Below are positions 56,242-64,000 of a DNA stretch of 64,000 nucleotides, piece after piece. The notes beneath the pieces were generated by a model that saw only the letters and a list, made by a program, of their open reading frames with translations, ran no database searches and was not told the DNA's origin. The stretch lies in contig JBGQHJ010000003.1 in the NCBI GenBank assembly GCA_041497895.1, forward strand, positions 1 to 64,000. The letters run 5' to 3'. Source of the stretch: Candidatus Methylomirabilia bacterium. GTDB taxonomy: Bacteria; Methylomirabilota; Methylomirabilia; Rokubacteriales; CSP1-6. The translations under genes and the position numbers were made by a program. Every line of letters starts with the position of its first letter. The first letter of the stretch is position 1.

Positions 56242-57405
56242 CTACCTGAACAGTGACCGCGCGATGACCATGCGATGCACCTCCGAGGGGCCCTCGCCGA
56301 TGCGGCGGACCCGCGCCTCGCGGTACCAGCGCTCCAGCGGGAACTCCTTCGACACCCCGTAGCCGCCGTGGATCTGCACCGCCGCGTCGATCACGCGGCC
56401 CAGCACCTCGCTCGAGTAGAGCTTGGCGATCGAGGCCTCGACCCGCGCGTCCTCCCCGCGGTCGGCCTTCCACGCGCCCTCCCAGATGATCCAGCGGCAC
56501 GCGCGCAGCTCCACCTCCGCGTCGGCCAGCATCCACTGGATGGCCTGCCGCTGGCTCAGCGGCGCGCCGAAGGTGGAGCGCTGCTTGGCGTGGGCGATGG
56601 CCATGCGGTGCGCGGCCACCGCGACCCCCAGGTTGCACGCCGAGTACGGGAAGCGGTTCTTCACCAGCAGGTCGAACGCAAGGTCGAGCCCCTGCCCTTC
56701 CTGGCCGATCAGGTTCTCGACCGGGATCTCGCAGTCCTCGAAGGTGACGTCATTGGGAATCGCCGAGGTGCGGATCACCCGGATGGGCTTGGCGTGGAAG
56801 CCGGGCGTACCGTGCTCCAGGATGAAGCACGAGATGCCGGCCCGCCCCTTCCCCTTGTCCGTCCGCGCGAACACGATGCCCCACGGCGCGTCGTGGGCAC
56901 GGGAGATGAAAACCTTTCTACCATTGAGCACCCACTTGTCGCCGCGCCGCTCGGCGCGGGTCTGGATCGCGCCGGCGGGATCGGACCCGCCCGAGGGCTC
57001 GGTGATCGCGAAGAATGTTTCGTAGCCCTCGCGGAGCGCGGGCACCGCGTACTTCTCGATCTGCGCCTTGCTCCCGGCCCAGATCGCGGGCGGCGGGTAG
57101 CGGCCGAAGACGCCGCAGCCCGGGTTGTAGAGGCCCATGCGGTGCTGCGACATCGCCTCGAGCGCCACGCACATGCTGAACGCATCGAGCCCGCCGCCGC
57201 CGTAGGCCTCGGGCGCGCCGAGGGTCCAGAGGCCGGCGGCCTTGGTCTTGGCGGAGAGACGCACGAAGTCCTCGCGCGGGATCTCGGGCGCGTCCGGATC
57301 GATGGTCTGCTCGAGCGGGACGATCTCGTCCTGGACGAACCGCCGGATCTGCTCGCCGAGCAGGCGCAGCTCCTCCGGGAGGGTGAAGCCGGGGAACACC
57401 GTCAT
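56242..57405 (-). CDS. Acyl-CoA dehydrogenase
   Basis: AITEPSGGSDP, NGRKVFIS, RSTFG, QIHGGYG and RIGEGPSEVH. Confidence 0.94.
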   Translation of the reverse strand: MTVFPGFTLPEELRLLGEQIRRFVQDEIVPLEQTIDPDAPEIPREDFVRLSAKTKAAGLWTLGAPEAYGGGGLDAFSMCVALEAMSQHRMGLYNPGCGVFGRYPPPAIWAGSKAQIEKYAVPALREGYETFFAITEPSGGSDPAGAIQTRAERRGDKWVLNGRKVFISRAHDAPWGIVFARTDKGKGRAGISCFILEHGTPGFHAKPIRVIRTSAIPNDVTFEDCEIPVENLIGQEGQGLDLAFDLLVKNRFPYSACNLGVAVAAHRMAIAHAKQRSTFGAPLSQRQAIQWMLADAEVELRACRWIIWEGAWKADRGEDARVEASIAKLYSSEVLGRVIDAAVQIHGGYGVSKEFPLERWYREARVRRIGEGPSEVHRMVIARSLFR

Positions 57406-57528
57406 GGGGGCGTGGCTCCTCGAGACCGAGATGTGGGGGGGATCATACCACCGTGGGGAAAACCGGGTACACTCGGGGGCGGCCCGGCGGGCCGGCACGA
57501 GAAATCGCCCGAGGAGAGACGCCCCGAC

Positions 57529-58536
57529 ATGCAGAAGCGCTGGTCCCTGTCGGTACCGATGGAAGGCTTCGCCCTGCCCGAGCTGACCGAGGTGGCCCGC
57601 GAGGCCGAGCGACTCGGCTACACCGACGCCTGGTCCTTCGAGGTGGACGGCATCGACGGCTTCACCCCGCTGGCCGTCATCGGCCTGGCCACGAGCATGC
57701 GGCTCGGCACCGCCATCGCCAACGTCTACACCCGCGGGCCGGCCACGCTCGCCTCCACCGCGGCCGGGCTCGCCGACCTGGCGCCCGGGCGCTTCGTGCT
57801 CGGCATCGGGGCCGGATCTCAGCCCATCGTGGAGTCCTGGAACGGGGGCAAGTTCAGCCGGCCCGCCACGCGAGTGCGCGAGACCGCTCAGTTCCTGCGT
57901 GCCGCGCTGGCCGGCGAGCGGGTGGTCTTCAAGGGCGAGACGTTCACCGTCGACGGCTTCCGCCTCTCGCGCGTCCCGGCGCAGCCGGTGCCGATCTACA
58001 TCGCCGCCCTCCGCGAGGGCATGCTCAACGTCGCGGGCCAGGTCGGCGACGGCGTCATCCTCAACTGGCTCTCTCCCGACGACGTGCCGCGCTCGGTGGG
58101 CGTGGTGCGCGCGGCGGCGCGACAGGCCGGCCGCGACCCCGACGCGATCGAGGTCACCGCCCGCCTCTTCGTCAATCTCGACGCGCCCGGGCCCGAATCC
58201 GACCTCGCGGTGCGCCGACACATCGCGGGCTACCTGAACGTGCCGGTCTACCGCGCGTTCCAGGAGTGGCTCGGCCGCACCGAGTCGCTCGGCCCCATGT
58301 GGCGGGCCTGGGGCGCGGGCGATCGCCGGGGCGCGGTGGCCGCGATCCCCGAGCGGGTGATGGACGACCTCATGCCGCGCGGCAGCTTCGCCGACCTCAA
58401 GGCCCGCATCCAGCTCTATCTCGACCGGGGCATCGACACCGCGTTCCTCTCGCTCATGACCACCGAGACGGATCCCACGAAGAAGCGGGACCTCATGCTG
58501 AACGCGCTCCGCGCCCTCGCCCCCGGCGGGCGCTAG
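57529..58536 (+). CDS. LLM-class (F420/flavin-dependent) oxidoreductase
   Basis: AERLGYTDAWSFE, RLGTAIANVYTRGP, GRFVLGIG and DGVILNW. Confidence 0.9.
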   Translation: MQKRWSLSVPMEGFALPELTEVAREAERLGYTDAWSFEVDGIDGFTPLAVIGLATSMRLGTAIANVYTRGPATLASTAAGLADLAPGRFVLGIGAGSQPIVESWNGGKFSRPATRVRETAQFLRAALAGERVVFKGETFTVDGFRLSRVPAQPVPIYIAALREGMLNVAGQVGDGVILNWLSPDDVPRSVGVVRAAARQAGRDPDAIEVTARLFVNLDAPGPESDLAVRRHIAGYLNVPVYRAFQEWLGRTESLGPMWRAWGAGDRRGAVAAIPERVMDDLMPRGSFADLKARIQLYLDRGIDTAFLSLMTTETDPTKKRDLMLNALRALAPGGR

Positions 58537-58576
58537 CCGGACCCGAGCCCCAAGCCCGTACCCACGGAGACCTCCC

Positions 58577-59347
58577 ATGGCCGACGAAGTTCTCGTCTCA
58601 GTCGAGGCCGGCATCGCCACCGTGACCCTGAACCGGCCGGACCAGCGCAACGCCATGAACACCGCGCTGCTCCAGGGCCTCCGCGCGGCCGTCGACTCTC
58701 TCGACGAGCGCCGCGACGTCCGCGTGGTGGTGATGAAGGGCGCGGGCCCCGCCTTCTGCGCGGGGATGGACCTGAAGGAGATGGAGCAGCGCCGGGGCGA
58801 GGCCGATCCGGAGGGCAACGTGGTGGAGGTGCTGCGCCGGGTGGAGGCCTCGCGCCATCCGACCATCGCCGCGCTCCACGGCGACGCCATCGCGGGCGGC
58901 TGCGAGCTCGCGCTGCACTGCGATCTCCGGGTCGCCGCGGAGCCGGTGCGCCTCGGGATGCCGCTCGCGCGCATAGGGCTCGTGATCCCGTTCCTGCTCA
59001 ACCAGAAGCTGGTCGAGATCATCGGGCCCGCCCACACCCGCCACCTGCTGTTCACCGGGCAGACCGTCGACGCGCGCCGCGCCTACGAGATCGGCATGGT
59101 GCACCAGGTGGTCGCGCCCGCCGAGCTGCCCGGCGCGGTGCAGGCGCTCGCGCGCCGCATCGCGGACAACGCGCCGCTGTCGCTGGCCGGGATCAAGGCC
59201 TCCATCCAGCGGACGATCTCGGCCCGGGACGGCATCGTCCACGGCGACCTCGACGCGGCGGCCAACCGGGCGCGCACCAGCGCGGACGCGCAGGAGGGGC
59301 GGCGCGCGATGCTGGAGAAGCGGAAGCCGGGCTTCCGGGGCGAGTAG
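58577..59347 (+). CDS. Enoyl-CoA hydratase/isomerase-family protein
   Basis: LNRPDQRNA, AFCAGMDL, GGCELALHCD and EKRKPGF. Confidence 0.93.
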   Translation: MADEVLVSVEAGIATVTLNRPDQRNAMNTALLQGLRAAVDSLDERRDVRVVVMKGAGPAFCAGMDLKEMEQRRGEADPEGNVVEVLRRVEASRHPTIAALHGDAIAGGCELALHCDLRVAAEPVRLGMPLARIGLVIPFLLNQKLVEIIGPAHTRHLLFTGQTVDARRAYEIGMVHQVVAPAELPGAVQALARRIADNAPLSLAGIKASIQRTISARDGIVHGDLDAAANRARTSADAQEGRRAMLEKRKPGFRGE

Positions 59348-59351
59348 CGCC

Positions 59352-59981
59352 TCAGCGCGGCGGCGCGCCCGCCATCAGGGCCGCGACCGCGCGGGCCACC
59401 GGATCGTCGGAGGCGGCCAGCGCCTCCCGGGTGCGGCCCTGGTCCACCGCGTCGCGGTTCTGGCTGAGCTTGGCCTTGCCCTCGAGCCGGTCGATCGGGA
59501 TCTCGAAGGCCACGATGCCGCGCTGCATGCCGGCCACGTAGTCGGCGGGCAGCGACTCGAACGACCACGCCGCCGGCGCCGCGCCCTCGTAGACGTGCAC
59601 CAGGTCCGCGAGCAGCGCGCGCACCCGCTCCGCGTCCTCGACGAGCGCGCCGGTGCCGGTCGCGTGCACCGCGACGTAGTTCCACGTCGGCACCGCCGGG
59701 TGCGTCGCGTACCACGAGGGCGAGACGTAGGCGTGCGCGCCCGAGAACACCACCAGCGTCGGGCGGCCGGCGGCCAGATAGCGCCAGTGCGGGTTGGCGC
59801 GCGCCACATGGCCGCGCAGGGTGCCGAGTGACCCGCGCGCCGCGTCCACCAGCATCGGCAGGTGGGTGGCGAACGGCACCCCCGCGTCGTCCGCCGTGAT
59901 CATCGTCGCGAAGCTCTGCGCCCGCATCAACGCATGACACCACCCCGTGTCTGTGACCTCGAAGTGCCGCGGTATATACAT
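59352..59981 (-). CDS. paiB: FMN-binding negative transcriptional regulator, PaiB family
   Basis: MYIPRHF, GHVARANPHW, HAYVSPSWY, VPTWNY and KLSQNR. Confidence 0.92.
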   Translation of the reverse strand: MYIPRHFEVTDTGWCHALMRAQSFATMITADDAGVPFATHLPMLVDAARGSLGTLRGHVARANPHWRYLAAGRPTLVVFSGAHAYVSPSWYATHPAVPTWNYVAVHATGTGALVEDAERVRALLADLVHVYEGAAPAAWSFESLPADYVAGMQRGIVAFEIPIDRLEGKAKLSQNRDAVDQGRTREALAASDDPVARAVAALMAGAPPR

Positions 59982-60087
59982 AGCTCCCCCACCCACCCGG
60001 AATCAGGGACTACTCAGTCGGCCCACATGGAGAAGTCACGTCCGCCGCCGCACCCCTCGGGCCCGCTGTCCCACGACCACGAACCGA

Positions 60088-60249
60088 GGGCCGGGCGCGG
60101 GGGGCGACGGGGCTGCCTCCCCGGAACCGTGGCTTCTGCGCGTCGCCGAAGCCTCCAACATCCGATCTCGTGGCTCGCTCGCCGCGGCGCGCGCGAAGCG
60201 AGTCAGCGTGTTCCGGGGAGGCAGCCCCGCCGCCGCCCGCGCCCGGCCC
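60088..60249. repeat. 162-bp structured element: 40-bp inverted arms (38/40) enclosing two hairpins
   Basis: 60088-60127 pairs with 60210-60249; inner stems GGCTTC/GAAGCC and GGCTCGCT/AGCGAGTC. Confidence 0.8.
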
Positions 60250-60269
60250 GTCGCCTCGACGCGCCGCGG

Positions 60270-60467
60270 TTACAGCGCCGCCCGCCGAGCCCGCCGGACG
60301 ACGTGACTGAGATGCTCGCGCTGCAGCTCCAGCTCGGTGATACGCAGCAGCCACTCCGTCCGCACGCTCGCCATGCCGTCGCCGCCCAGCCGGTTGACCT
60401 CCTTGATCGTCTCCTTGTACTCGGCCAGCGTGCTCTCCAGCGACCGGAGCTCGTCCTCGTGGGTCAT
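60270..60467 (-). CDS. 65-aa coiled-coil hypothetical protein
   Basis: ATGA overlap with the upstream gene; MTHEDELRSLESTLAEYKETIKE helical pattern. Confidence 0.65.
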   Translation of the reverse strand: MTHEDELRSLESTLAEYKETIKEVNRLGGDGMASVRTEWLLRITELELQREHLSHVVRRARRAAL

Positions 60468-61336
60468 GGCGTGTCCTTCCGCGCGGCGCGGGCGATGGCC
60501 GCGATCTTGTCGGCGAAGTTCACCTGGCTGTCGTCCTGTGGCTCGTAGCCGATCTTGATGCGGGCGTTGGCGATCGACCAGAAGCGGTGGGTGTTGCCGC
60601 TGATGCCGTAGACGATCAGGAACGGCACCCCGTGCTCGTCCCGGATGTCCTCGGTCTCGATCATGCGGACGGCCTGCTGCACCTGGTCGCGCTTCGACAG
60701 GTAGGCGCCGAGCGCCCGGTGCATGACCTTGACGTCCCCCGGCTTCACCTGGTCGATGTCGTCGTCGCGCGGCCCGCCGATGCGCCACTGCACGATCTCG
60801 AGGCGGCGGCCGCCCACCTTGCCGGTGGCGAACACGAAGCCCAGCAACTCGTAGGCGCCCTTGGCCCAGCCGTACCAGTTGTCCGAGCGCGGGGGCATCT
60901 CGGGCGTCACCATGTCGAGCCGGCCGTCCCACACCAGGCGCTCGTAGTAGTCGGCCGCGTGGTTGGAGGAGCACACGACCACGCGCCGCACGCCCTCCTC
61001 CAGCGCGACCCGGCAGACGTTGTAGGCCAGCGCCACGTTGGCGTGCTCGGCCCAGAACTTGGCGTCGCCGTTGTCCTGCCAGGTGGTGGCGTCGAGATTG
61101 GGCGCGCTCACGAAGCCGCAGTGGATCACCGCGTCGGCCCCGCGGAAGTACTCGCGGTAGAGGTTGCGATCCGGCCGGGTCAAATCGCTCACGATCAGGC
61201 CCGGCACCGGCTTGCCGGCGCGGGTCGTGGGCCGCACGTCGATCGGCACCAGGTCCCAGCGCTCGGCGAGCTCGGGATACATGCGCTGGGCGACGTACCC
61301 CGCCGCCCCCGTGATCACCACGCGTCGCTTGGCCAT
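60464..61336 (-). CDS. NAD-dependent epimerase/dehydratase-family (uronate dehydrogenase-like) SDR
   Basis: ITGAAGYVA, CSSNHA, YGWAK, RIG and YGISGN. Confidence 0.88.
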   Translation of the reverse strand: MAKRRVVITGAAGYVAQRMYPELAERWDLVPIDVRPTTRAGKPVPGLIVSDLTRPDRNLYREYFRGADAVIHCGFVSAPNLDATTWQDNGDAKFWAEHANVALAYNVCRVALEEGVRRVVVCSSNHAADYYERLVWDGRLDMVTPEMPPRSDNWYGWAKGAYELLGFVFATGKVGGRRLEIVQWRIGGPRDDDIDQVKPGDVKVMHRALGAYLSKRDQVQQAVRMIETEDIRDEHGVPFLIVYGISGNTHRFWSIANARIKIGYEPQDDSQVNFADKIAAIARAARKDTP

Positions 61337-61360
61337 CGGATCAGGTCTCCTCGTCTCGGG

Positions 61361-62278
61361 TCATCGCCACGTCCAGCCCTTGACCGGCGTCCCCGGAGCC
61401 GGCGAGGTCGACTCGCCCCGCTCCGGCATGCCGGGACGGAGCGGAACGTACAGCACGGACGGCCGGCCACGGCCGCCCTGCGGGTAGAGGTCCATCAGGT
61501 CGTACACGGTGCGCGGCATCCCGGTCGAGATCGGCAGGCCGAGGCCGCGAGCCATCTCCACCGTGATCGGGAAGTCGTGGGTCCAGCGGCCCTCGGTCAT
61601 GGTGGTGGCCAGCGCCACCGCCTTGTCCTTCGCCATGTGCTTGAGCAGCACCTCCATCACGAAGACCCCGACCTGCACCCGCGCCTTGGCGGACATGTCG
61701 GCCAGGATCAGCATCTCGTCGCTGATGTCCTCCGGCTTCTTGAGGGAGAGGAGCTTGACGATGGAGGCGGCCGGCATGTCGCCGATCTGGGGATCGACCG
61801 GTCCCAGGACCGCGTTGGGATCCATGACGATCTCGTCGGCGGCCAGCGCGATGAGCGAGCCGCCGGACATCGCGTAGTGCGGCACGAAGGCGGTCACCTT
61901 GGCCTTGCGCTGCACCAGCGCCTTGGCGATCTGCTCGGCGGCCAGCACGAGGCCGCCCGGGGTGTGCAGGATCACGTCGATGGGCTGGTCCTCCGGGGTG
62001 AGCCGGATGGCCCGCAGCACCGCCTCCGAGTCCTCGATGCTGATCGAGCTGCTGACCGGAACCCCGAAGAGGGTCACCGTCTCCTGGCGGTGGATGAGCG
62101 CGATGACCCGCGACTTGCGCTCCTGCTGGAAGCGTTCCAGCACCGACGACCGCGCGCTCTCGAGCTTGTTGGAGCCGTAGACCTGCTGCAGCACGACCAC
62201 GATGAGCACGAGCCAGAACAGGGTCTTGGCCAGGCTGACCAGCCGCTGCCACCACGAGGTGGACGATCCTTCTGCCAT
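61361..62278 (-). CDS. SDH/DUF114-family ClpP-class serine protease with N-terminal TM helix
   Basis: LIHRQET, ILHTPGG, PHYAMSGG, LGPVDPQ and WTHDFPI. Confidence 0.9.
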   Translation of the reverse strand: MAEGSSTSWWQRLVSLAKTLFWLVLIVVVLQQVYGSNKLESARSSVLERFQQERKSRVIALIHRQETVTLFGVPVSSSISIEDSEAVLRAIRLTPEDQPIDVILHTPGGLVLAAEQIAKALVQRKAKVTAFVPHYAMSGGSLIALAADEIVMDPNAVLGPVDPQIGDMPAASIVKLLSLKKPEDISDEMLILADMSAKARVQVGVFVMEVLLKHMAKDKAVALATTMTEGRWTHDFPITVEMARGLGLPISTGMPRTVYDLMDLYPQGGRGRPSVLYVPLRPGMPERGESTSPAPGTPVKGWTWR

Positions 62279-62286
62279 TGGCTCTC

Positions 62287-63741
62287 TCAGCGGTAGTCCG
62301 GCGGGGGCACGAAGCCCTGGAACTCGCGCTCCAGCAGCCGCGCGAGCTCGATGCACGTGCGGTCGCCGTACTGCGGCCCCACGATCTGCACGCCCACCGG
62401 CAGGCCGCCGGGCGTGAAGCCGCACGGGGCCACCGTGGAGGGCAGATACGCCACGCCGGAGTAGCCGGCCCAGAAGAGCTGGTCGGTGGTGGGCACGCGC
62501 CGGCCGTTGACCACGATGGTGCGGTCGTGACGCTCGCCCACGTGGTCGTGCGGGAAGGCGGCCGAGGCCGCGGCCGGGCAGAGCAGCACGTCCCACTCGC
62601 GGAAGAACTCGGCCCAGCGCCAGCGCATCTTGTGCCGCAGCTCGTTGGCGGCGAGCCAGTCCCGGTGCGAGGCGGTGTTGGCGCGCATCATCCGCGCGTA
62701 GTAGCGCTCGTCGTCCGGCGCGAGCCCCCGCGCGATCTCGGCGTTCCGCCGGAACTCCTCCGGCGTCTGCCGGCCCGCGGTGGCGGCGCGCAGCAGGAAG
62801 ACGTAGGTGCGGTGCGCCTCCGCGGTGTCGATGTCCGGGCGCGCGGCGAGGCTCACCTTCGCCTTCTTCTTGCCGAGGAAATCGGCCAGCGCCTGCAGGC
62901 GCGCCTGCACCTCGCGATCCACCTCCGAGGCGGGGTCGCTCAGCATCACCGCCACCTTGAACTCGCGCAGCGTCTTCCGGCGCGGCGCGGGCAGCGCGAG
63001 CCGCCAGCCCGCGCCGTCGATCTCGTCCGCGCCCGCCATCGCCGCGAGACCGAGCGCGAGATCGTCGGCGCTCCGCCCCAGGGGCCCGATCACCGAGATG
63101 TCGCCCTGGGCGACCCGGCCGGGCAGCGCCTGCCCGCGCGGGGGCACGATCGCGTAGGTCGGCTTGTGGCCGTACACCCCGCAGTAGTGGGCGGGATTCC
63201 GGATGGACGAGCCGATGTCGCTGCCCGCCTCGAAACCGGTGAGGCCGGCGGCTAGCGCGGCGGCCGAGCCGCCCGAGGAGCCGCCCGGGGTCCGCGCCAG
63301 GTCCCAGGGATTGCCGGTGGTGCCGTAGATGTCGTTGTAGCTCTGCCAGTCCGCGAGCCACACCGGCACGTTGGTCTTGCCGAAGAGCACCACGCCCGCC
63401 GCGAGCAGCCGGTCGACCGCGAGGGCGTTGCGCGGGGCGATGTTGTCCTTGAGCGCGGGAAGCCCCCAGGTGGTCGGCATTCCCGCCACGTCGTACGACT
63501 CCTTGATGGTCATCGGCACGCCGTGGAGCGGGCCCCACACCTTGCCCTTCCGCAGCGCGGTGTCCGCCTGCCTGGCCCGCCGGCGCGCGCCCTCCACGTC
63601 GGTGACCACGATGGCGTTGAGCTTGGGATTGAAGCGATCCACCCGGGCGAGGAACGCGTCGAGCGCCTCGAGGCAGCCGACCTTTCGCCGGCGGATGTCG
63701 GAGGCGAGCTGCTTCGCGCTGCGGAAGTGCAGGTCGGTCAT
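62287..63741 (-). CDS. Amidase-signature family protein
   Basis: GVPMTIKE, GKTNVP, PGGSSGGS and GSDIGSSIRNPA. Confidence 0.95.
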   Translation of the reverse strand: MTDLHFRSAKQLASDIRRRKVGCLEALDAFLARVDRFNPKLNAIVVTDVEGARRRARQADTALRKGKVWGPLHGVPMTIKESYDVAGMPTTWGLPALKDNIAPRNALAVDRLLAAGVVLFGKTNVPVWLADWQSYNDIYGTTGNPWDLARTPGGSSGGSAAALAAGLTGFEAGSDIGSSIRNPAHYCGVYGHKPTYAIVPPRGQALPGRVAQGDISVIGPLGRSADDLALGLAAMAGADEIDGAGWRLALPAPRRKTLREFKVAVMLSDPASEVDREVQARLQALADFLGKKKAKVSLAARPDIDTAEAHRTYVFLLRAATAGRQTPEEFRRNAEIARGLAPDDERYYARMMRANTASHRDWLAANELRHKMRWRWAEFFREWDVLLCPAAASAAFPHDHVGERHDRTIVVNGRRVPTTDQLFWAGYSGVAYLPSTVAPCGFTPGGLPVGVQIVGPQYGDRTCIELARLLEREFQGFVPPPDYR

Positions 63742-63757
63742 GGAATCCTCCCGCCGT

Positions 63758-64000
63758 CTACGGCTCGAGCGAGAACGTCACGCTGACGGACGCCTGGATC
63801 TCCTGCTCGCCGGGCGCCACCGGCACCGCGCCCGCCGTCATCACCCGCGCGGCCATCTCCGGACGCGGCGCCGCCGCGCCCGCCTCCTGCACCGCGACCA
63901 CGCGGCCGATCTTCAGCGAGGCGGCCGCGGCGTAGAGCTCGGCCCGCCGTCGCGCGTCGGCCATGGCGCGCTTGCGCGCCTCGTCGAGCATCGGCGCGGG
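63758..64000 (-). CDS. SIMPL (DUF541) domain protein, 5' end beyond the window
   Basis: EARKRAMADARRRAELYAAA and PVAPGEQEIQASVSVTF. Confidence 0.88.
   Translation of the reverse strand, partial: PAPMLDEARKRAMADARRRAELYAAAASLKIGRVVAVQEAGAAAPRPEMAARVMTAGAVPVAPGEQEIQASVSVTFSLEP

Noticed and set aside
53133..56249. 1038-aa plus-strand ORF and similar long ORFs (3933-6020, 17269-19164, 25872-27770, 29845-32175, 46350-48167)
   Set aside because: Antisense shadows of motif-bearing genes, expected at very high GC; only the 5646-6020 tail of 3933-6020 looks real
56242..59055. 937-aa extended acyl-CoA dehydrogenase
   Set aside because: The upstream part is antisense to the LLM and crotonase genes; the ACAD starts at ATG 57405
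60010..60354. ORFs spanning the 60.1-kb palindrome
   Set aside because: Low-complexity Ala/Gly/Arg translations with no motifs, better explained by the inverted repeat
61361..63538. 725-aa fusion of the amidase region with the Clp-class protease
   Set aside because: The upstream part is an alternate frame of the amidase; the protease starts at ATG 62278

Overview
Very GC-rich bacterial chromosomal window with about 70 densely packed protein-coding genes. There is no rRNA, intact tRNA, CRISPR array, transposase, integrase or phage gene. The repertoire (many solute-binding proteins, CaiB CoA-transferases, LLM oxidoreductases, acyl-CoA dehydrogenases, long GAF/PAS hybrid kinase) resembles a soil heterotroph such as Candidatus Rokubacteria, but that taxonomy is inference only. 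Main blocks: (1) NitT/TauT-type ABC transporter downstream of an enolase-superfamily gene and an M28 peptidase (1-5.6 kb); (2) mixed metabolic genes, including a ComD/ComE-like TPP decarboxylase pair; (3) a compositionally distinct four-gene cassette (regulator, beta-propeller, DUF899, DUF2182) bracketed by a 22/23-bp direct repeat (20.2-24.3 kb); (4) a mostly co-oriented run of small unrelated genes (27.5-37 kb) including a serpin-like and an AdoMetDC-like gene; (5) a module of two cytoplasmic trypsin-like proteases plus a pseudo-receiver LuxR regulator with a tandem operator-like repeat; (6) an NHEJ locus (ku, stand-alone LigD phosphoesterase, LigD ligase-polymerase) near several genes broken by internal deletions; (7) an acyl-CoA catabolic cluster. 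Four distinct palindromic or MITE-like elements are present, and several genes appear to be leaderless. All family assignments come from motif recognition by eye, not from database searches.
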